From the human T2T-CHM13v2.0 reference genome, Homo sapiens: 64,000 bases of DNA. Under the pieces are notes generated by a model that ran no database searches, had not been told where the DNA came from, and saw only the letters and a program-made list of their open reading frames with translations. The position numbers and the translations under genes were made by a program. The DNA lies in NCBI RefSeq assembly GCF_009914755.1, contig NC_060927.1; one strand, 5' to 3'. Numbering within the stretch: the first letter of the stretch is position 1; every line of letters starts with the position of its first letter. Below, piece by piece: positions 46,347 through 58,893 of this stretch.

Positions 46347-47999
46347 TGTCACAGGATCCTTGGGGTGTCACTTCACCAGCTGAAAGCCCTGCTGTCCACA
46401 GCACCTTCTGCCTGAGTATCGCTTGCGCCCACCGGGGTCCTTCCACTCATTTAGCGTGACAGGCTGTGCTTAGCTCACGCTACCAGCCCGGATTCCACAT
46501 CTACCAAGGGCCAGTTACGTGTGGAGCGGTAAGGGGTGTGTGAGCAAGTGAGTGCAGGATCTGGCCAGTGTGCACAGCCAAGCATGCTGCCTGCTACAGT
46601 AGATGGACAGCTCCAAGCGCTGGCATAGGTGCCGGCTCCATGTGAGGCTGTGGCTGGACAAGATGTATTGCACATGGCTTCTGCTGCAGGCACCCATGTG
46701 GAGGAAAATGCAGTGGTTCCCAGAAGCTTGGAGATGCCAGGAACTGCAGAGACCCAAACAGGGTGTCACACCACTAGCTTGGGGAGCCCCTAGGTCTTGG
46801 CTCCTCAAAGGGCTGCAGCACTTCTCTCCTTCTCGTTGCCTACAACAGAGCAAGTAGTGGTGCTTGGTGGTGGGGAGGGGTGTTTCAGCCCTGTTTATGT
46901 TACTGCTTTTTCAGTCCTGCCATTAGGTGGGTCCCGAGTTCTTGTCCTGTGTCCAAGAAGAATTAGGTATGTGGACAACTGCAGGGTGAGCAAGGCGGAG
47001 AGGAGCTTCACTGAGTGACAGAACAGCTCTCAGGAGATTTGCAGTGGGTATCTCCTTTCTGCAAACAGGTCGTCCCAGTGAGTGTCCAGCTCTCAGTGGA
47101 GAGAAGACCTTCAGGGGTAGCTCCTTTCTGAAGGCAAGTTGTCCCAAAGAGTGTCCAGCTCTCAGCAGGAAGGAGACCTGCAGTTGGTAGCTCCTTTCTG
47201 CAAGCAGGTCAACCGGAAATCTGTTTGAGCCTGGCTGAGTGGCGGGTGGCAGAGGTGTTAATGGGCACAGAAGGGAGGAAGTGTGTGATGATTGGTCCAT
47301 GGGCAGCCATGGGTGGGCCCGGATAAAGAACCATAAATTCTCACTCCAGGCTGCAGAATCCACTCGGAACTGACAGTCCAGCCCCCATGCTTCAGGACAT
47401 TCTTGGCTGGAAGGTGGGGCTCACTGGGGACCCACCTCTTTTCACCCAGTAGCCTGTCTGACTCCTGCCAATCATGTCATCGATGGCACACAAGCTATTC
47501 CTGCTGAAAGGCACCTGCAGGCCCACCATGAACCACCCTCATCACCTCCTCAGCCCCCCTCCCATGCTTGTCAGTGCCCAAAGTCTGGAAGATACCAAGG
47601 TGACAGGGGCTGGTGTGTCAGCGCCACCCTGAGCACCGCCTACCCGGCTGGGTTGAGACAGCACTCTGGTTCAGCCTCAACTTTGCTGTGAATTCCCAGC
47701 AGGTGCTGGAAGCAGGGAGAGGCCAGGCAGCAGGGGCAGGCACTTCTGAGCCTGCTGGGGCAGGGAGACTTTCTGAGCCCCCAGGAGTGCAGGGATGACC
47801 GGGTCCACAGCCCCAGCTGGGCAGCTGTAGCTGCAACCAGGAGGGCAGGGCTCCTACCTCACCAACTCAGAAGGGGGCAGGGCTCCCACTTGTTTGTGGC
47901 TCCTGCTGGCTCCAGAGAGTGCTCAGCTCTGGCCACACCTCCCACATTGCAGCTGGAGTTCTTGCAGCAGCTGCTCCACATGGGCCACTGCTGCCTTCA
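46347..47999 (-). mobile_element. MER52 solo LTR (ERV1)
   Basis: 1.65 kb GC-rich block bounded by tgtcacaggatccttgggg and ccactgctgccttca, the MER52 termini on the reverse strand; near-TSD TTTG/GTTG; internal repeats of tagctcctttctg. Confidence 0.9.
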
Positions 48000-48719
48000 G
48001 TTGTATTGATCAAATAATTTAGGCAAGATATTTTCAGCAGGAAGAATTTGGTAACTAATTTCTTAAGTCACTACTGTTGTTAGGATAAAACATAAAGAAT
48101 CTGGATGAAAAAAGTTTTTCAAAGAGTTGGAGAAATAAAAAAATCTGCAAAGATTTTGAACGGAGTCAAAAATTAGTCATCAGAGTCTTAATCATAATGA
48201 TAATGCTTTCCTAATTATTCTTAATACTCACTGCCCAATTCCCCCATTAAGCTCGTCTTACATTTCATCTATAAATCCTTTGATATTCAATTTTTCTTCT
48301 GAATTTTCCTCTTGACACAAACTTTCTGCTAATTGGATATATTAGGGTTGACAAGAGATACTGAGAGGCAGTCAGTTTTCCTTAAATTTTTTTTTAAATA
48401 GCAATTTTGTATACTGTTCCCTTTACTAACCCAGAAAGTTGTTTTTACCTGGAGGTAAATTGAATGATAAAACAGAATAAACTGACCCCAAAGAAGTATT
48501 AGAATTTTTTTTTTATTCCCATGAGAATATTTTATAGGTCATCTCTTATTTCTGAAATAAACTTAAAATCTTTGGATCCATGGTAACTCTAGGCTTTCAG
48601 TAAAGATGGGAACTGACCCCTGCTTTTAACACATAGTCCATTTTTCAATTCTCCCTGGGTCCAGATCTGTAGCTTTGTCCAGTTCTGAAGCTGTGTAAGT
48701 AGGCTAGGGGGGATTTTAA

Positions 48720-48750
<31 letters not shown>

Positions 48751-48979
48751 TTTTTTGGTCACTTGAAGGTATTCTTCTGAATATAAGTGAAATCTCTCTG
48801 AGGGGTTCAAAGTGCTATTAAAATATACAAGTTTCTTTAATTTCATGCCTCTCTCAGGGTGTATCTTTGTTGGAATGAGAACTAAAAAAAGCTTTGTTAA
48901 CTCCCAACAAAAATGTCACTTAAAAAATGATTGCAACATCAGGAAATTGAACACATCAAATAGAAGTTTTAGATACCAT

Positions 48980-49533
48980 CAAAACAAACCTGCACTGGAC
49001 AAACTTTAACAGGCAAGCAAGAGCTTTTTCAAGGCTTCTGTGATAGGGAAGATAGGCCATAGCTGAGTCTGAACTCAATCTGTTGAAATAAAGGACTGGA
49101 GAAGTTTTAAGTGCTGGGCTGAGTTAGCTGAAGAATATTGGAGGACTTCAGAGAGGAAGCTGATCCTTGGCGTGTGTGGAGCACCTTGAGTTACTCCTGA
49201 CTTTGGAAATGTTTTTCTCTGTGATTCGGTTTTCTGTGTTTTCTCATTGGAGTTAGGCTTCTACCTTCCCATAACAACTGAGAGATACTGGCACTATTTT
49301 CCTTCTGATCCCATTTAAACGAGATGGTCTCTAGGGCCTTAAGAAAGACATTTATTGGTTGTAAAACTGGCAAGAAATTTTTTAAAAATTTACATCTCAA
49401 AGGGATAGCGAAAAAACTACAAATAATCTAAAATAAATGCTTTAAGAAAAAAAGAAAGTATGGGCCTGAAGAAGGCAGAAGCCTGTCTAAAGTTTAGTCA
49501 AGCTGATAGACACATTAAGGCCTTCTGAGTCAG
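48980..49533 (-). mobile_element. ERV1 solo LTR, MER67-like, second copy
   Basis: ggttgtaaaactggcaaga, taaatgctttaag and ctaaagtttagtcaag are reverse complements of motifs in 44190-44690. Confidence 0.7.
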
Positions 49534-50207
49534 TACGTTTAAGTTCCATAAGGGAGAAAGACCCATTGGCATATTTGAAGATATGGACTATTCCTTTAGA
49601 GATAGAATCAAGAAAGATAATTTGTCTCTTCATGAACTATACCTTTTTACAACTATTATCAACAAAATCTTAAAACAGCTCAGTTCACATGTAACATTCC
49701 TTTGCTGAAATCAAATTCTATGGCTTTATTAAGGGCACATATTAGCTTTTCATGTTAGAATAGAGACTGGAGGAACTTGCTAGTCAAAATGCAGCTGCTG
49801 GTTATAAAAGCTCAAAGGACAGTTTATTTCAACTAAAGGTAAGATAACTAGGAGCTATTAAATCAAGCAAAAATAATTTACTTTTTTGTTATTGCTCTGT
49901 ACACATGATTAAGTATAAAAAGCCACCTTACATTTATTTTTAAACAAAATGAACATTAAGCAACTAGATATATTTAAAAGTTGTAAAAACGGTTCACCAG
50001 CAAAGGACTGGTAAACATTTCTCTTTAGTAAAAATGAGAGTCAGATGGCACTTTCCTTCAAAAATCTTATACATGTTCAAGCAAGTTTATCTTTTCTTAA
50101 AAAGGCAAATTTCCTTCTATTTTTTTGTGTAACTGCTGAGTCTATTGCCCCGTTGATTAAATTATGGTCCTCATGTGGATATAATTTTAGAGATGGTTTT
50201 GATATAT

Positions 50208-50798
50208 TGAAGGAAACCAAATTCTTTCACTCCAAAACATACTTCTTCGACATATTTCAAGATGGTTATTCGGAAAAGCTGGAAATGTTAGAATATCTAA
50301 AAAGCTATCTTTTATGGAGGAGATCTGCATTTGTAGAGAAAATTTGCCTTGATGCAGCTTGGCTTTCTCTGTGGGCCTTTCCTTGTTCTGGTCTAGAAAA
50401 GATAAATTGAGAAATTGACACCTTTAAGGTCTCAAAGAAACACTTACCATCCATTCTTTCTGTGGGCTGCTACTTGTGAGGTTTCATCTGTATAACAAGA
50501 CTGCCTTTGCTCCCCAGGCCTCTACTTCTCTCCTTCTCCTAACCTGCCATGCCACTATAACCTAATTTACTACAGTAACGTGTTTTTGTCCATTCTCCAA
50601 GCCCCCATTCAATTCTGTAACCTGAAGATATTATAAAATCATCAACTCCTACAGCCATTTCTTTTAAATCTTCGTAAAGTCTCCCATGCACATTAATAAA
50701 TTTGTATGCCACTTCACTTCTCCTATTAATCTTTCTTTCATCAGTTTATTTTCAGAACCTTCAGAGGTCAAAGGGAATGTTTTCCCTTGGCTCCTACA
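50208..50798 (+). mobile_element. ERV1 solo LTR, MER34-family
   Basis: TGAAGGAAACCAAA start, attaataaatttgtatgc poly(A) signal, cccttggctcctaca end. Confidence 0.8.
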
Positions 50799-50996
50799 GT
50801 AGGATAGAAGATACACCTAATTGTTGCATTGATTCGAAAGATCTTAAAGCCAAATGAAATGAAATAGTCCTATTCTTTGTTTATATTCTTTTGGTATAAA
50901 GAGGTAAATTTTCTAGGTTTATGTTCAGAGGATACAAGGAAGCAAGATTTTATTACAAAGAAATAAAGGCCAAACATAGATTTATAATAGCAATCC

Positions 50997-52264
50997 TGTA
51001 ACTGGCAGAGCCAGCTTGTTAGCTTACCTTAAGAACAAAGTAAGTACCCATTGCTCTATTTCTTCTTACACATACATCTAACTACCTGTCTCCTTAGGAA
51101 TTCTAAAGGCTAATCTTGAAACAATCCAGGCATGAAGTGAAATGGTGGTTACAATTTTCTTTCTTCTAAGAAGAAATTGATGTGCAGTTAATTCATAACC
51201 TGATCCTGCCATAATCACACCAACTAAGCTTCCAGATGGTCCATTACTCAAGATAGGCTTTGAAGAGTAACAAGCAGATCTGCACTCTACACCACTCTTG
51301 CACATGTATATTCTAGCTAATTCACAAAATGTTTCCCTAGCCCTCCAAGACATGCATAAGTGAATTAATGTCCAACCTTATGATGTCACTATGTCAATGG
51401 TTATCTTCCTGGTTTGGGCCAGGACCCTCCTGGTGGAGAAAATTATCAGTAACCCTTGCTATGATTATAAGAATAGGCATTCTTCTTTGCTGTGGATTGT
51501 ACTCTTTCTGGACAATATGCATGAGTTGCAAGACTGCTTTTCTCAAAGACTATTAAATCCTCATGCAATGATTCAACACATTGCTTCTATGGGTCCAAGA
51601 CCTCATGATTATTTCCAACTCCAGGTAAATAAATTGCATTCTTTAGCTCCCTAACTAGGCCCTCTGTCAGCAGGAAGCAGTCCGAATGAAGTCTATGCCC
51701 CCGTATCCCATAGAAATGGAATGGACATTGACAGAGGGGAGTCTGGAATCAGTACAGCCAGTCATCTAGCCTGCTTTTTTTAAGAAAGTAACACATCCCT
51801 TGCTTGTTTCTTGTTACACATATATCTAAATACCTGTTTCCTTAGAAATTCCAAAGGCTAATCTTTAAACAATCCAAGCATGAAGTAGAGATGGTGATTA
51901 CAATTTTCTCTTGTTTGAGAAGAAATGAGTGCATGGTTAATCCACAACCTGACCCCACCTGAATGATGCTGAGTAGACCTCCAGAGAGTCCACTATTCAA
52001 GATAACCATTGGAAAATGACAAGCAGACCTGCACCCTGCACACTACTCCTGTATGTAGCTTCCATGCTACTTTGCATGTAGCTTCCATGCCACCTTCTCC
52101 CTTAAATTCCTGTAACCAGCCTGAAAGTCTGAGATTTTTTTTTTTTTGAGACTTGAGTCTTCCAGCTGCTGATATTTGAAAAAAACCTGCTTTCTTTCCA
52201 CCAACTCTCGTTTCTTATGCCTGGCTTTTTGAGCAGCTGGCAGCCAAAACTGAGTTCGGCTACA
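50997..52264 (+). mobile_element. Collapsed ERV1 provirus (MER66-like): partial 5' LTR, env 3' end, PPT, 3' LTR
   Basis: Two homologous LTR blocks (50997-~51305 and ~51744-52264); purine tract acagagggga before the second; near-TSD ATCC/ACCC. Confidence 0.8.
51310..51654 (+). pseudogene. Retroviral env transmembrane-subunit C-terminal remnant
   Basis: ORF 51368 reads QWLSSWFGPGPSWWRKLSVTLAMIIRIGILLCCGLY (Trp-rich membrane-proximal segment, TM helix, CC), directly upstream of the PPT/3' LTR. Confidence 0.7.
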
Positions 52265-53038
52265 ACCCTAGCATTTTAGAGAAAATCTTGAGTAAAGTAA
52301 TTTTTTGAAAACCAGAAAGCTAAAAATCATTCAACTGAGTAGGGTTAAATGGAGGAGAATTCAAGTGAAACAATAAAAGAGCAAGATAAATACCAAATTC
52401 TCAGGAGGTTTGGTATTTTCCCCATGTTTGTCTAAAATTCTAAATCTGAGTCAACAAAAACACAAGAACATTTCAAATGAAGCATCTCAGAGAATATGAT
52501 GAACTTTCTTTAAGATTCCAGATTTGGGAGATAATATAGACATATAAATTATGGTCTAATTTATAAAAGTTGTTCTTCAATTTTTTTTTTAATTTAGCCA
52601 ACTGAGAATATTTTAATTTCACAGTACTACAAAACAGAATTATTATTATTAAAGCAAACTTATTTGGCAGAGTATTGTTAAATTGAATTTTTTTTCTTTA
52701 TAACTTATTGAGAAAAAAATTTTACTTAGTAGCCCTATATCTCTCTGGATTTGAAAATAAAAAATACTCTTCTGAATCATGTTTAAAATTTCCAAAACAT
52801 TATTGTAATTTAGAAGAGGTTACTTGAAGAGAAAGTACTTCTTCAAGTAGTCCAAATAACTAGAGTCAAAAATATAATCATTAAGTAAGGTATTTAGGCA
52901 ATGAGACCATCTTAATCAATCTAAATTGAAAAGGTCAAAGGATCCTTTACTTACTAAAGAGCACTGAGCAGACATTCTGAATATCCAAAAGTGACCAAGC
53001 AGAAAAGGGCAAGATTTAGATGTAAGAAAATGCATCTT

Positions 53039-53330
53039 GGCCAGGTACAGTGGCTCACGCCTATAATTCTAGCACTTTAGGAGGCTGAGGTGGGTGGATC
53101 ACAGAGCCAAGGAGTTCAAGACCAGCATAGACAACATGGTAAAACCCTGTCTCTATAAAACATGCAAAAATTAGCTGGGCATGGTGGCACACACCTGTAG
53201 TCCAGCTACTGGGGAGACTGAGGTGGGAAGACCTTTTGAGCCTGGGGAGGTGGAGGTTGCCATGATCTGTGATCACACCACTGCACTCCAGCCTGGATGA
53301 AACAGTGAGAACCCATCTCAACAAAAAGAA
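53039..53330 (+). mobile_element. AluJ SINE (Jb-like)
   Basis: Diverged dimer with J-type gaggtgggaaga..tttgagcctggg; TSD AAGAAA(AT/GA)GCATCTT. Confidence 0.92.
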
Positions 53331-53731
53331 AAGAAAGAGCATCTTACTACTTAAATTTACGGACAAATGAAATGGGACATGAAGAGAAGAATTTTTTTTT
53401 TTTGCTATAATTAGCTGATTCAAAAGAGTATGCTACAATTTATTTGGGTATACTTTTCAGTATGTACTGAAAGAGTTTTTTCTATATGCCTAAATCCTGC
53501 TTGGATAGAAAAAACTTCAGAACTGCTTAATATGAATAAACAGATCTAATTTTATTTGTACTTGGAAGTCCAGAATTTCCAAGTAATTAATTTTCCTAAA
53601 CTCCTATAAGATTGCCAAATACAGTCTCCCACTAATAGTTCTAGTCATCACTGTATACAGTGCATCAGAAAATTAACTTGGCTTGGTATCAAAAGACTGG
53701 GACCAAATCTCTGATATATATCTTGTTACTA

Positions 53732-54204
53732 TGCAATTAAATAACTCAAACTTAAAATTGTTGGAACTTTAAATTATTCTGAGCCTTGAAACGAATGTGG
53801 TTATCTGTCACATGGCATGCTGCTACAACTCCTGCCTTGTTTTTTTTTTTGTTTTTTTTTTTTTTTTCTGTAAATAATTAGGAATACCAAGCAGGACCAG
53901 ATATAAGACACACCCTCTCTATCACTATTCCTCCTTATGGAGTAATAAAGTAATAATCTTTAGAATGTAGCAATCTGTAACCAATCAAATCACTGTAAAA
54001 TATGCACTGGTCTGGGTATGAAAAAATGTTGTAATCCGCTAAAACTTCTTTGTTTCTGCCTACATAAGTGAAACCTTAACTTTTCTCCTTCAGAATGCTG
54101 ACCTCTTTTATTTAGAGTTGTTTCCCAGGTGGATATCCTTACGTTTTGTGCTCAAATAAATGCTATACCAAATCATATTTTCTGCATGTCATTTAAGATG
54201 GACA
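53732..54204 (+). mobile_element. 5' LTR of ERV1 provirus (LTR54/MER57-like)
   Basis: tgttggaactttaaattattctgagcc, tgtaaccaatcaaat, ctcaaataaa and ...gaca end, followed directly by a PBS. Confidence 0.8.
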
Positions 54205-54207
54205 TTT

Positions 54208-54225
54208 TGGCAACCACTGAAAGAC
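54208..54225 (+). promoter_or_regulatory. Degenerate primer-binding site, tRNA-Arg-like
   Basis: TGGCAACCACTGAAAGAC, 3 nt after the LTR; resembles the TGGC(A/G)ACCACGAAGGGAC PBS of ERV9/HERV-W-type elements. Confidence 0.6.
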
Positions 54226-55090
54226 TGGAAATGGACCTCCAGTGATGTTCATCACTTTGCTGACAATAGAAGCTCTGGTACCAGCATGAATGACTTTGTT
54301 CATCTGACCTTGCTAGAGTCAGTGGGGATCTCTGGTAAGACCCTTCTCAGGTTCACATCTCCTGCTTTGGTTGAGACACAGATTTTATTCAAGCAGCACA
54401 CATCTGAAACTCAATGAGGTTGGAATTTAAGCTGTACTACAAGGTAGGAATTTCATTTGTTATTCTTCAGAGATTTTGATAATTGTGGATTTGTGATTTT
54501 TGCTTTTCTATGAGGTTAAGGTTTTGTTTCAAATTACTCCTTAGAGTCTTCAGTCTTTTCTCCCATTTGAAAGTCTGGTCGGGGGAGAAACAATTTATCT
54601 TTGAAACAAGGAAGTAAATCTTTGTTGCTTAAATTAAAAATTTGTAATCTTTAAAACTAGACAGATTCTGAAGCTTGGTTCAATTGACAAATCGAATGTT
54701 TCTTCCTAAGCAAACAAATTTGTAAAAGGCTCTCTATAAGTATGAGATAAATCTAGAAGATAAGAGATACCATTTCTCCTGGCCAAAAGGCATTGCAGAC
54801 AACTAAGATCTTATAGGTGTGTTAAAGTTTATCACTTGTGATATGAAACAATCTCACAAAGAACATCTTAAGAAGAACTTACAAGGAATCTTGCTTAACT
54901 TGGTGGGCACACATAAAGGTTGATCACCTAGTGCCTTAGGTACCCAGTCTCTTGGGACCAACAAGACATGTTAAAAGGGAAGAATGGACTCAAGAGTGAC
55001 ACCTTGAGAAGCTATTTCCACAAGTGGTACACACAATCCAAAACACCTCCAATTAGTTCATTTTGGTCATTCAAAAGAAAAGTCTAAACT

Positions 55091-56414
55091 ATGGACAATC
55101 ATACTTCTAAAACTGAGTCTTCCTCCTTAAGGAGAGATATAGCACTAGAAACACCAAAAGGATTCATGTTTAACACCATAGTCCCTCTACATGAAAATAT
55201 TTTTTAAAATGGTGTCACATAACTTATGATGGCCCCAAATTACAATGGTCAAAATGGAGTACCTTTGAAATAAACCTAAAGAAGTTTATCTGCGTGCTCA
55301 ATCAAAAAAAACAAAAAACAAAAAAACAAAAAAAAACTGGCTCTAAAATAAAATAAAATTCCTGGGAGAGCTATTTTAAGTAGTGCATAGAAACCTCTAA
55401 AAGGGATTCTGATAAAGTCATTTATTTGCAAAAGGGAAACAAAAGATTATCTAAAACAATTTCTGAATTGAAAAAGACTGCTGTAATTTCTCCTCCTTCT
55501 TCAGCTCTTTTTTCTCTTTTGTCAGAATGTTCTTTTCTGGACTTATCTCCTTCTTTCTCCTCCTCATCTGCCTTTTTCTGCTAATCCAGGTCCATTTGGG
55601 TAAAATCCTGTGCCTGGTAGAGGAGAACCTGACTTGGTTTATCAATCATGATGAAAAATAGAATTTAAAGACATAATTAAAAATTTCCCAGTTCCTCTTT
55701 AAAACCCTATTGGATTTGCTAGAGAATTCACATTAAACATTCAAACTTATGACCCTGGACTCACTGATTTATATTTGGTTTACATGTTTGTGTCAGAAAG
55801 TAAAACCAAAGATTGGATAACAAAGGTAAATTGGAGAAATCCTCTAGAAAGCTTCCACAAGTTTTCTGAAGTGGATTGTGAAGAGGCTTGCAGTTCTGCC
55901 AAAGCTTTACTAGAGGCTGTCTCCTTAGTTTTCCAAAGAGTCATTGTTTGGAACAAATGCAATAATGCCAACAAAATCTTAATGAGCCTGTCAAGACACA
56001 CTGTGAAATATTTGAAAAAACATCTAAACAACATTCAGACCTATAACCAGCAAAATAATACTATCCTTAACTTGAAGTTTATAAGTAGACTACATAAAGA
56101 ATTGGCAATTATAATAAAGAGGCAATACCCTAGTTGGGCTACCTGTCAAACTCATAATGTAGTTAATTTTGCCAGTCAAATGTTATAACCTAATCAAGGA
56201 AGAAAGGGAAAGGGAAATTAAACACACAGGAAAAGTAAAAAAGATTATGAATTTATGAATAAAACAATTGTTCAATATATAAGTCTTCAACAACCTAATA
56301 TGTTCCAAAACCAACCCAATCTACCACTTTGCAGTTACTGCAAACCTGTATGAGATGATTGTATGAAATTAAAATAAAAATAACATCTACAAGCCAAAGA
56401 AAAAATTAAAATAG
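55091..56414 (+). pseudogene. ERV1 gag remnant
   Basis: Starts atggacaatcat (MDNHTSKTE); capsid-like ORF 55775..56188; CSYCK zinc-knuckle relic at ~56330; TAG before a protease-like frame. Confidence 0.7.
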
Positions 56415-56987
56415 GAATGCTCTGAGGAAATCAAAGGTATCTCCTCTTTTCTCTTCACTAATACCTTAGGTGAAATTAAAATTAATTAAATAAGGAAAAA
56501 AAACACAAGACGATAATGACACTGAGCTAAACTACTAGTGATATTATAAGTGTTAAACGGAAAGAACTGACTCAAGGATGACACCTTGATGAGTTATTTC
56601 CACAAGTGGCACATACAATTGAAAACACTTTTCACTAGTTTATTTTAATAATTCAAAAACAAAGTCTGAATTATGGCTAATCATACTTCTGAAACTGAGC
56701 CTTCCTTTTTAAGGAGAGATTCTTTATGTAATCTATTTATAAAATTTGAGTTAAGGAGAGTATTATTTTGCTGGTTATAGGTCTGAATATTGCTTAGATT
56801 TTTTTTTAACACTAGAAATACATTTTTACAAGGTCCCATTTCTTGGAATAAAATAATTAATAATAATATAAGTGATTTATATAACAAAATACTTCTATAT
56901 TAGTATATAAATAAAAACCTACAGTGTTCCAGTTAGGCCTCCTATATGGAGCACGTTTTCCTCTTGGTTTCCTCAGCCCCCATTTAT

Positions 56988-57663
56988 CATTTTTATTATT
57001 ACTGTTATTATATTTTCGGTTCTGGGGTACACGTGCAGAACGTGCAGGTTTGTTACATATGTATACACATGCCATGGTGGTTTGCTGCACCCATCAACTC
57101 GTCATCTACCTTAGTTATTTCTCCTAATGCTATCCCTACCCTAGCCCCTCACCCCCAACAGGCCCTGGTGTGTGATGTTCCCCTCCCTGTGTCCATGTGT
57201 TCTCATTGTTTAACTCCCACTTATGAGTGAGAACATGCAGTGCTTGGTTTTCTGTTCCTGTGTGAGTTTGCTGCGAATGATGGTTTCCAGCTTCATCCAT
57301 GTCCCTGCAAAGGACATGAACTCATCCTTTTTTATGGCTGCATAGTATTCCATGGTGTATATGTGCCACGTTTTCTTTATCAAGTCAATCATTGATGGGC
57401 ATTTGGGTTGATTCCAAGTTTTTGTTATTGTGAACAGTGCTGCAATAAACATACGTGTGCATGTGTCTTTATAGTAGCATGATTTATAATCCTTCGGGTA
57501 TATACCCAGTAATGGGATTGCTGGGCCAAATGGTATTTCTGGTTCCAGATCCTTGAGGAATTGCCACAATGTCTTCTATAATGGTTGAATTAATTTACAC
57601 TCCCACGAACAGTATGAAAACATTTCTATTTCTCCGTATCCTCTCCAGCATCCTCTCCAGATT
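56988..57663 (-). mobile_element. 5'-truncated L1PA8-like 3' fragment inside ERV1 pro
   Basis: L1PA7/8 3'UTR; ORF 57210..57569; perfect TSD GCCCCCATTTAT at 56976-56987 and 57664-57675. Confidence 0.93.
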
Positions 57664-57939
57664 GCCCCCATTTATTTGATAGTGAAAGACCTTCTAGTAC
57701 TATATAAGAATTACATTCCTTTCTCTCAAAAGAGGGAAATATTTTTAGAATTTGAAGATAAAATAGAATCATTAGGTCCAAAATGTTTTTCTTTTTTATC
57801 CTTTTTTTTTTTTTAAAAAAAAGCTAGGTTCAGTACATACAAAATGTTTTCAAAATATGTTCCTTTTAGTTTACAGATTGCAATTCATATTGTCATAGAG
57901 GGAAATTAAATCGTTAAATAATTAAGAATTATAAGAGCT

Positions 57940-58893
57940 GTTAAAAATAGTACCTGATCAATTGTAGTTAAATTCCTCCACTCATACTGAGGAAATATAT
58001 TGGCTGCATCAATTAAAATTCAAATGAATCTATCAAATCACCTTCTAGACCTTAAATAATACCCTGTAATATCAGAGGCTTCAGAAGTGATAAGACCTAA
58101 AATTTTGGATGATATAGAAAGAAACTTAATTATTAGTTGTACAAGCCCATGTAACCAAATGGTAGAGAATGGAGATTTGTACAGGCTCTGAGAGCAATTA
58201 ATAACATAGTCATTCCTCAACATTCAGTAGTACCAAACCCCACACGTTGTTGACTGCCATCCAAAATAAAGATGTGTTCTTTATCATGATAGACCTATGT
58301 AGTAAAATCTTTAGCATTCCTGGGAATAAACATAGTCAATTTCTCTTTGCCTTCACTTGGGAAGATAAGCAGTACATATGGACGGTTATGCCTCAGGCAT
58401 ATGGTGAGAGCACAATTTATTTTTCACAAATATTAAAAGGAGACCTTTCAAGTGTCAAGTTCCCTAATAAATCTACCTTGATGCAGTATGTAGGTGATGT
58501 GCTTCTCTTCTCAGTGGATAAGCAAGCCTCCACAGAGGATACAATTCATTTATTATGATTAGCTTGAAAGGTACACAAGGTCTCAAAAGAGAAAATTTCA
58601 ATTCTGTCAAAAGAAAGATATTTACATCACCTAACATCAAAGGAAGCCTTTTTTTTTAATCAATCTTGATGAAATAAGAGGAATATTGTACTTCCCTACC
58701 CCCCAAACTAAGAAACAACTGAGAAGATTTGGGGGTTTGTCAGAATACTGCAGAAACTTTTCCTTAAAAATGCAAATTTCATATACTCTATTAAAAAAAC
58801 ATGAGCCAGGAACCTTGAAATGGACAGAGGAAAATCAGATACTTTAGAAAAAATTAGAAAGAATCTTGTAGATGCCCCAGCCATAAGGACATC
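57940..58893 (+). pseudogene. ERV1 pol, reverse-transcriptase remnant
   Basis: ORF 58247..58558: IDLCS..FSIP, SQFLFAFTW, WTVMPQ and QYVGDVLL (YVDD degraded). Confidence 0.9.

Noticed and set aside
46347-47999. GC-rich block with many overlapping ORFs as a CpG-island gene
   Set aside because: Bounded by MER52 LTR termini and CpG-depleted; the ORFs reflect GC content.
44190-49533. Two MER67-like LTRs as one provirus or a recent inverted duplication
   Set aside because: Opposite strands, heavily diverged, and no retroviral internal sequence between them.
49741-49844. Possible 80-nt exon (ttAG...AAG|GTAAGA)
   Set aside because: Weak polypyrimidine tract and no other support; indistinguishable from a pseudo-exon.
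52821-52849. 10-bp perfect hairpin TACTTGAAGA...TCTTCAAGTA
   Set aside because: Too short for a miRNA or MITE and plausible by chance or local template switch in 64 kb of AT-rich DNA.
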